Of a DNA stretch of 42,891 nucleotides, positions 27,331 to 35,900 are shown piece by piece (position 1 is the stretch's first letter; every line of letters starts with the position of its first letter). A program made the translations under genes and the position numbers. This stretch comes from Candidatus Thorarchaeota archaeon (GTDB lineage Archaea; Asgardarchaeota; Thorarchaeia; Thorarchaeales; Thorarchaeaceae), in the NCBI GenBank assembly GCA_048882325.1, contig JBHLRS010000027.1, positions 1 through 42,891 of the forward strand, read 5' to 3'. Under the pieces are notes generated by a model. It saw nothing but the letters and a program-made list of their open reading frames with translations. It searched no databases and had not been told where the DNA came from.

Positions 27331-29087
27331 CCCATAAGGGCAACAAGGATATTGAATCCTACTATCATGACAATCCCTGCTCCAAGTGTGTATAACATAT
27401 AGGGGTATTCTCGTTCAATCACCTTTGGATCACTCACTGATGTCATTCCAGACCAGTCCATCGTCAAAGTTACAGCTATGACGAACTGAGCTATTGACCA
27501 AACTACATACTCTGTCCAATGTGCACTAAGTACGAACATAAAGACAAGTGCTATAGGAAGCGTGATAGCTGCCAACCCAAGCCCACGCCTATAGAACGAG
27601 TTTCCCTTAGACGGAAGGATTGGAAAGATTAGTCCAAGGACAAATGCAGTTCCAAATAGCGCTGCGAAAATCTGAATGATCAGTAACAAGATACCTAAAC
27701 TAATGGAGAGAACTTGCATGTAGAAGGTTTGGATGAATAATGCGGCTATTATGTCAATCAGGAAGATTGACCCCAAGAGGATTGCAAGTGGGCGACCAAG
27801 TAGCACAGCTAGTAGAAATGGTATGTGAGCGACTGTCTGTTCCATTCTCTCTCTGAGGTTGAAGGTCACAGAGGCCATCTCTCGAGGTTTGGGTTTTGGT
27901 TTCCCAAGCTCCATCCATTCATTTAGGTCCTGAATTCTGACTGGCCCATATCGAGCCCTGAAACCTGTCCTCCTGCGAATCTCTCTTGTGTCCATTCCAG
28001 CTGCAGAGAGTTGAGGCAGGATTATCTCTCGATGAGTGACCAATTCATCGAGGTGTGTCAGATGTATCATTTCGACAACATCTTTTGTATCAAAGTGAAT
28101 CCCACGAGCGGCACACCAGACGTTAATCCCATTTGTGTCACAGACCAACACCCATGCGTCTAACTTGTCTTTGTTCAGAGCTCGCATCACAGTGTAGTAG
28201 GTCAATTCATAATTCGCTGTGACAACAACTGGACTGTCTTCTGTGGGGGCGCCAGCGCGATACAACCCGGGAGCAATCGGAATTCCCCTCCATCCTCCTG
28301 TTAGATGATTGTACCATATTCGTGTTCTGGCTTTGGGACCTTCAAACTTCCTCTTTCTATCCTCATACTTGGATAGGTGTCTTCTCTGTCCGATCTTCCC
28401 AAGTACAAGGGTTATCTCAGAACCATAGTTCTCTGTTTCAGTTATGTCAAACCCCGATGACATAACTATTGACTCAAGATCATCCACTGGTGGTTGGAAT
28501 CTTCTCCTGACGAGTTTCTCAGCCTTTGCTCTTTGCCTCCAAAAGGTTCTTTGTTCATCCCGCAATCGCGGAAGTGTTTCGGAGGCAAAAGCGATGATTC
28601 CATTTGGGTTCAGCACAGAATGAATACGTTGAAGAAAGAGTTCACGTTGATGTGGTTTCAACTCAGACAAAAGAAAGGTGCTCACAACGAAATCGTATTT
28701 CATATTCAATTGAGGGACATCAGCGTTAGTCGACGCATGAGCCGACCCTGATAGATTACCACACAGAATCTCAAGGAAATCAAGCACATCAGCCACAAAG
28801 AAGGAAGGACGTTTCTTCAATAGGACTACAGACTTCTCAGCGGTCTTTATCATTTCCAGACTTGAGTCAACACCTACTGCATCAGCACCCTTTCTAGATG
28901 CTTCGAAGACAAATGACCCAGGACCGCAACCAAGATCAAGTACGTTCATACCGGGTTTAACAAGTTCTAGAATCTTCGCACGGATGATGACTTGTCGACC
29001 ATCTAAAACTTTGTTGAACTCTTCATCATAGGTTTCTGGTGTCTTCTCCAATGCAGCCATGAACGCTACTGCCATCTTGTTCATCAC
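27324..29087 (-). CDS. hgcA: Class I SAM methyltransferase fused to an HgcA-like corrinoid membrane protein
   Basis: VLDLGCGPG; then PGLY..G.P...SPV.VTANY, DTNGINVWCAARG, HR.IILPQL.A.G, YGPVR..D and about five TM helices. Confidence 0.8.
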   Translation of the reverse strand: MMNKMAVAFMAALEKTPETYDEEFNKVLDGRQVIIRAKILELVKPGMNVLDLGCGPGSFVFEASRKGADAVGVDSSLEMIKTAEKSVVLLKKRPSFFVADVLDFLEILCGNLSGSAHASTNADVPQLNMKYDFVVSTFLLSELKPHQRELFLQRIHSVLNPNGIIAFASETLPRLRDEQRTFWRQRAKAEKLVRRRFQPPVDDLESIVMSSGFDITETENYGSEITLVLGKIGQRRHLSKYEDRKRKFEGPKARTRIWYNHLTGGWRGIPIAPGLYRAGAPTEDSPVVVTANYELTYYTVMRALNKDKLDAWVLVCDTNGINVWCAARGIHFDTKDVVEMIHLTHLDELVTHREIILPQLSAAGMDTREIRRRTGFRARYGPVRIQDLNEWMELGKPKPKPREMASVTFNLRERMEQTVAHIPFLLAVLLGRPLAILLGSIFLIDIIAALFIQTFYMQVLSISLGILLLIIQIFAALFGTAFVLGLIFPILPSKGNSFYRRGLGLAAITLPIALVFMFVLSAHWTEYVVWSIAQFVIAVTLTMDWSGMTSVSDPKVIEREYPYMLYTLGAGIVMIVGFNILVALMGW

Positions 29088-29150
29088 GGTCTATATTTTG
29101 ATTTACTAGTAACTTTCTTTCAACGCATGAATTACATATGGCATGACCTG

Positions 29151-29834
29151 TCACCCGAAAGTGCCTGCTAATCGACGAAAGAGTATCGAGGCAACTAGTA
29201 AATCAATCATAAAACTAAGATTTCTGAACACCAGGAATGGGGGTTCAATTATCGCAATCACTCCTAAACCCACATAGAATCCCAAGAGAATCACAAAGAT
29301 CACTTTTGAAGTCCGGGCTTCAAGAGGGTCACTGAGGGAGAGCATGAGCAACACAATGAACGTGAATCCAGCCATGTAGCTCGATATGTCCTTCACGTAC
29401 ATGACAATCCAAAATGACGAAAAAACATTGTCAGCTGGCACCCAACCGTTTGGGACTCCATTCAAGAGGGCTACTTGGAACGCATTTTCTAGGAGGTCCG
29501 AAACGAATGTCAAGCTCCCGAGTGCAAAGGCAACCTTGGAGAGAAATTCCTCCCTCTGTCTTGTGAGGAGATAGAAACCGTAGAAGATAGCGAGGTATCC
29601 AATCATGAAGAAGTTATCAAAGACCAGACTCACGAGTTTGATGCTGATGTCCATCGGAGTGGCGCTAACCAAGTCGGAAATCACGTCACCAGTCGGTCGC
29701 AGCTCGTAGAGATTTCCACCTCCCGGATTAAGGAAAATTGTAGCAACCATTCCGAGAGTCATGAGGAAGCCTAGGAAGATAAAGACAGACGCCACCTTTA
29801 GTCGTGGACCCATTGTGCTTGTCATCAATCTCAC
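29151..29834 (-). CDS. Multi-pass membrane protein
   Basis: About six TM helices; SDLLEN motif. Confidence 0.75.
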   Translation of the reverse strand: MRLMTSTMGPRLKVASVFIFLGFLMTLGMVATIFLNPGGGNLYELRPTGDVISDLVSATPMDISIKLVSLVFDNFFMIGYLAIFYGFYLLTRQREEFLSKVAFALGSLTFVSDLLENAFQVALLNGVPNGWVPADNVFSSFWIVMYVKDISSYMAGFTFIVLLMLSLSDPLEARTSKVIFVILLGFYVGLGVIAIIEPPFLVFRNLSFMIDLLVASILFRRLAGTFG

Positions 29835-29911
29835 CCTGACTAAACAGGAGAGAGGAATAAGGATTGCACCTTATAACTCTCTTCACTTTCACTGCTGCGA
29901 ATCTAACTCTG

Positions 29912-32900
29912 TCACATGGTTAGAATCACATCAATGAGTGCCTGTGCGAGAGCTATGAGTGCGTTTCCTTCCTCCTCAGATAGCTTTCCTGAGTTGATCA
30001 TTGAATATATCTGAGAGATGAGGTCGTTGAGCTTTTGAGTTGCTTGTGTCAGCTTGCCTTTGTCCATGAGGTCACGTGCAGCATCAAGTTTCCTTAGCAG
30101 TGGGCTAATGTCCTTACTAGTCAAGACATCTTCTTCGACCAGTTCCTCCAGATCCGAATCAATGACTTCACTGACTTCTTGAGGTGTATTGAAGGTGAGA
30201 GGATCTGTGAAGTAGAAACGCCATTCGTCGCCGTCAATGAAGTAGTCTCCATCTGAATCAGCGTCATTGGGATCTGTTCCGATTTCAAGCTCACCATAAT
30301 ATGAGAGACCATCATTATCGAAATCACCAGCTACGAGTGGATACATGTCATAGCCTTCACTTGGCCAAGGAATATCTGTGTCTCCGATTCCGTCTCGATC
30401 AAAGTCCACTCCGATGTAGTCAGACCAGATATTGCCCTCGAGTAATTCAGGATTATACCAGTCATTCCCGGATGGTGAGTAGAGATCAGTGGCTTGAATA
30501 GTGTTCCATATGATGCTGTTCCAATAGATCAGATTACCTTCTGATTCAAACAGGAAGATTCCATTTCCGCACAATGTAATGTTGTTCTGAGTCAGATTGT
30601 TGTAATGCGAGAGATTGAGATAGATCCCAAAGTAGGTATTATCATAACAGGTATTGTTGATCAGCCAGTTGTAAATAGAAGCATTCAGGAATATACCCAC
30701 ATTATTCGAAGTGAATGTGTTATCCCGAATTTCGTTCCCGATACTTCCCCCTCTAATGGAAATACCATATCCTAGATTTCCATAGCAGTCGTTCGCTCTG
30801 ACAATATTGCCATCTCCATTCCAGAAATGAATTCCCGCGTATCCATTGTTGTACACGGTGTTATGCTCAATCGTATTGTCGGTAGCTCCAAGTCCAACAC
30901 CAATGCCATTGACATCATTGTCATAGCACCAGTTGTCCGAAACAGTGTTCAAGTTACTATCTCCGACTACAACGATTCCTTCAAAGTCATTCGAGAAACA
31001 ATCGTTACCCGTTACAGTGTTTGAGTCAGAGTTTTGTATGAAGATACCTTGATAATTGTCCCAGCAGTCGTTCTCAAGAATATCGTTGTCACTGCTAGTA
31101 CCTCTCACAGCGATTCCCCAATAATTCCCATAGCAGTCATTGTCTACAATGGTGTTGTCATATCCCAAGAATATGTGGATTCCCGTACCTTCATCGCCTA
31201 GATTGTTGTACACAAAGTTATGCACAATTTGGTTATTATAGGCTCCGACCCCAATACCTATTCCATTCCCAAGAAGGCCATCATTGTCAAAACAGTAGTT
31301 ATCTGTCACGACACACTGTGTACTATCTAATAACACAGCAATACCTTCCCAGTCATTGGAATAACAATGGTTGTCTGTTATTGTCACAGCAAAACTATAG
31401 TCCACACGGATACCATAGCAGTTGTCAAAACAGTAATTGTTTGTCACCTCTGCATATTGAACATTGGAGAGCCAGATCCCTGCATATGCTTCAATAAATG
31501 GTATCTCACCCAGTCCACCTTCAGGTACTGAGGTGCCTGTCACAGTACAATCACGAATGATGAAATACGTGTCAACAATGTTCAGAACCTTGATGCAGCT
31601 TGCATCAGCTCCGTTGACATCGATGTAGTAGTCTTCAATGATGATTGGATCTCCATACTCTCCTGAACCAAGCCAACCATGCCAAGCATCCATAGCTCTG
31701 AGTTGCGCATCACCATCGATGTAGAACGGACCTGGATCGAGGGGATCAGTTAAGATTGTGAAAATCTCATCATAGTCACTCCAACCATCCATATCTGTGT
31801 CTGGATTGTACGGATCTGTGCCATAGATGTTTCTCTCTTCATAGTTCCATAGCCCATCTCCGTCATCATCAGGGACAATGATATCAGTATAGCCTACACT
31901 ATGGAGTAATTCTCTGGCGAGTATCACATCGCGATAAGCATCTGAAACTGCATCATATCCCGGAAACATTGGAAGGGTTGGGGTATGAACCAAATGGGGG
32001 TTGAGGCCTTCTAATCCAGCAGTGAGCATCAATTGTCTCCACATAACTAGATCTACTGCTTGGCGAACCTCCCGTATGGTAAGATGTTCATTACCAAGAT
32101 TTGACAGCGCGACAGCCCACCCAGTTGTATCAACACCAGATGCCCAATCGTCGCGACCCCACATTATCCAGAAAGGCTGATCTTCAGCCCAAATCGCCTG
32201 CAACTGACGGATGATGTCAAGGGCTTCACTGCTTAAATCCGGCGGATTCGGCCAGTTTGCATTCCAATCAATGTTGAGTGCGAGCAATGCTGCCACTAGG
32301 TCTTCATAATCCGGATTGTAGTATCCTTCATTGAAGTTACTGTCTATTGAAGCAAAATCTAACCCTGAGATGTATCCATTAGAGCCTAATCCAAAGATTG
32401 CAACATCAAAGCCAACATAGAGAGAGATACTTTCATCCCATATTGGAGGACCTGCAGATGTTGGACGCTCAAGCCCATAGTCTTCAGGATTAGTCATAGA
32501 GTAAATCCATTGTTGCCAAGGCAATGCGTGAATAACTAACTCAATACCGATACAACGAAGGTCTCTGGCCAAATTCTCTGCACGCATCATTGCGATTTCA
32601 GATTCCACAGCCACTAGAAGGTGCAGAGTAAACAATGGTTGTCCTGAAATTGTAGGCCATGGAGGATCAACAACAAGAGGATCAGTAAAGACCCAATAGA
32701 CCTCGTCACCATCTCGCCATAGATCACCATCTGTGTCCCACTCCATTGGATGAGTAAAGAAGGTGTAGAGTTCTTCAGGATCTAAAATTCCGTCAAAATC
32801 ACTGTCCGCCTCCAATGGATTTGTCGGGACACCCTGTGGGTTGTTGCCAAAGATCTCATCAACGTCGCTGATCCCGTCTGAGTCCCCGTCAACGCTAGTT

Positions 32901-35900
32901 GGGTCGGAGAAGTAGTATCGCCACTCCATTCCATCTGAGAGTGAATCACCGTCTGTGTCTGGATTCTCAGGATCTGTACCAATGATTAGCTCGCCGGTGT
33001 CTGAGATTCCATCGCCATCACTATCTATCACAAGCGGGTACATGTCAAGACCATGCCATGGGATGTCTGTGTCCCCAATCCCATCTAAGTCAAGGTCCAC
33101 TCCGATATAGTCTGACCAGATATTGCCCTCGAGAAGGTCTGGATGATACCAGAAGTTTCCATTCGGTGAGTCAATGTCAGTAGCCTGGTTGACGTTATCA
33201 ATAATCGAATTGTGATAAATGGTGTTTGATGAACTTCCCATCAGATAGATCCCATATTCATTATCAGAACAGATGTTTCCAGCCACCTCATTGTCATCTG
33301 CTGAGTTCAGAGTGATACCTCGTCGCATATTAGTACTGAAAGTGTTTCCAATTATATCGTTGTTATCAGACAGGTATAGGTAAATTCCATCATATTGATT
33401 TGTATTGCAGGTGTTCCCGATGAGCTCATTCTCTGTTGCACCATTGAGATAGATGCCTACTAGATTCACTGTGCATGTGTTGTCTGAAATTGTGTTCGAG
33501 TGCGAATCGACAAGGTAGATTCCAAACCAACCATTTCCGTCACATGTATTATCTGCGATTGAGTTCAAAGTAGAAGTTTCAAGAGAGATTCCAGAATCAC
33601 TGTTGCCATTGCAAGTGTTCCCAACCAGTATATTCCAATGTGAATCATCGAGTTGAATACCAAATTCCAGATTCCCGGAGCATATATTTCCAATTATATG
33701 ATTGCCAGAAGACTCACCCAATCCGATTCCAACATCATTCCCTGAACATGTATTCCAATAAAGAATATTTGAATTCGACTCGATAAGGGCAATTCCAGTC
33801 TCACCGTTACCGTCACAGGAGTTCTCGAAAATCACGTTCATATCTGAGAACTCTAATCGGACACCTGTGTAGAAATTATAGTTGCATATGTTCCTGGTGA
33901 CGTTATTCTCGTGTGAGTTGCTGAGGAATATACCAAAGAGGGAATTATTGTTGCAGGTGTTCCCAACCACTGCATTACCCGGACCTGAGCTCTCGAGTTG
34001 GATGCCATGTTCACCATTACCAAAACAGGTGTTTCCACTGATCAGGTTGCCATTTGAGACAATGAGCTTGATACCGTTGTAGAAGTTGTCATTGCACGTG
34101 CTCCCAATTATATGGCCATAATGAGAATTATAGAGGAAGATGCCAAACTGATCATTCTCATTGCAGATATTATCAATCAGTATGTGATTTGTCGAGTCTC
34201 CTACATCTATACCAGCGAATCCGTTGTAGTTGCATGTGTTCTCCCGCACCTCAACAGCATGAGAGTTCAATAACCAGATACCTCGGTAAACATTGCTATT
34301 GCAGGTGTTTTCAATGAGGTCATTCCCGGTTGTGTCGTGGACGTAGATTCCGATTTCGTTGTAGTTGCATGTGTTTTGTTCAACAGTGTTTCCGGGACCT
34401 CGAAGCTCAATCCCATAGTTGTTATACTTACAGGTGTTATCTCGGATTGTGTTTCCATTTGCCGATGGTGACGTAACAATACCAAAGCCATTGTTGTTAC
34501 ATTCATTCCTCAGGACAGTGCAGCCATCCGAGTTGTAACCTAGACCTATTCCAGCATACGCATTGTCATAACAGACATTGTCAACAATGGTGTTCCAAGA
34601 GCTTCCTAATCCCAGAATTATTCCGCTGTAATCATGGTCGTAACATAGATTATCAGAGATCGTGTTCCAATTACTGTCCCAACCAAGGGCAATGCCCTCC
34701 CAGGTATTCCCATAACAGGTATTCTCAGAAATTAGACAGTCTGAAGATTGATTGAGTGTGATTCCCCAGACGTTTCCGAAACAGATGTTATCGATTATCT
34801 TGGCCCCGACAACGTTGTACAGGTATATCCCTGCACGACCGTCTGTTGGTAAAGTCCCAACTGTTGCACCCGTGAGGGTACATCCACGAACCATGACATA
34901 GCTAGAAACGATGTTCCGAATCTCGATACAGCTTTTGTCAGCACCTTCAGCATCGAAATAGTAGTTCTCAATGATGAACGGGTCACCCTCAGCACCAGTA
35001 CCAGACCATCCATATAGCTCCGCTTGTGCCGCTAAGTCTTCATCACCATCGATATACAATGACTCCAGAGTGAATGCATACTCTGATGTGTTGAATACCA
35101 TCCCACCAACCAAAATGTTTCCTATGTAGAGGTCCACCTGGAAGAATCGTCCAAGCTCAAACTCCTGAATAAGAGGATCAATATAGAGTGTGACTACTTC
35201 ACTTGTCCCTTGGATAATACGTTGTGAGGAGTATTGTAGTATCTCGGCATACCAAACATCTGTATGTTCTCCCAGTTGTCTGACCTTGAGATTGACATAA
35301 GCAGTGCTGTTTATCAGTTGACCAACCAAGAATGAAATCTCACCTGGTGATTTCATCTCAATAATTTCAACATTCTCATAGCCCACATTATTAGTCTGGT
35401 CCTCGGGAGTTTCTCGGGAGGGGTCAATCTGTACCTTCAAACATCCGCTGATGAGTGTGGGCGTGAAGGTAAAGGACGCAATCGCAGATTCACCATGGTC
35501 AATTTGAACATAGTCTTTGTATCCTACCATATCAGTAGCAATTCCACCTCCAAATGGCACCTCCCAAAGAGTTACTTCAACGGGATCATTATCTGGAACA
35601 TCATTGCCTCTGTTATACACTGTGACATCGATTCGATTCAGTTCATTCTGTTTCAGTCGTAACTTCTCTTTCCATACCCCTGGGCTAATCTCACGATAAA
35701 TCTTGATGTCAGGGTTGTCCCATAACAGACCTCTTCCATCCCACGTGCTTGAATCATCTTGAGAGTATAGATACATATCTGGCGTATCTGTTGAGGTGCG
35801 ACGCTGGAAGCAGCTCACAGCATCAGCAGAGTATGAGTTGGAACCAACCCATATGTTCATGTATCTGGTATCCCCGAGGTCGTCTATTGGATACCATATG

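Noticed and set aside
27324-29087. CdhE/AcsC corrinoid subunit or fused HgcAB
   Set aside because: It has the cap-helix Cys and C-terminal TM helices, and the ferredoxin is a separate ORF
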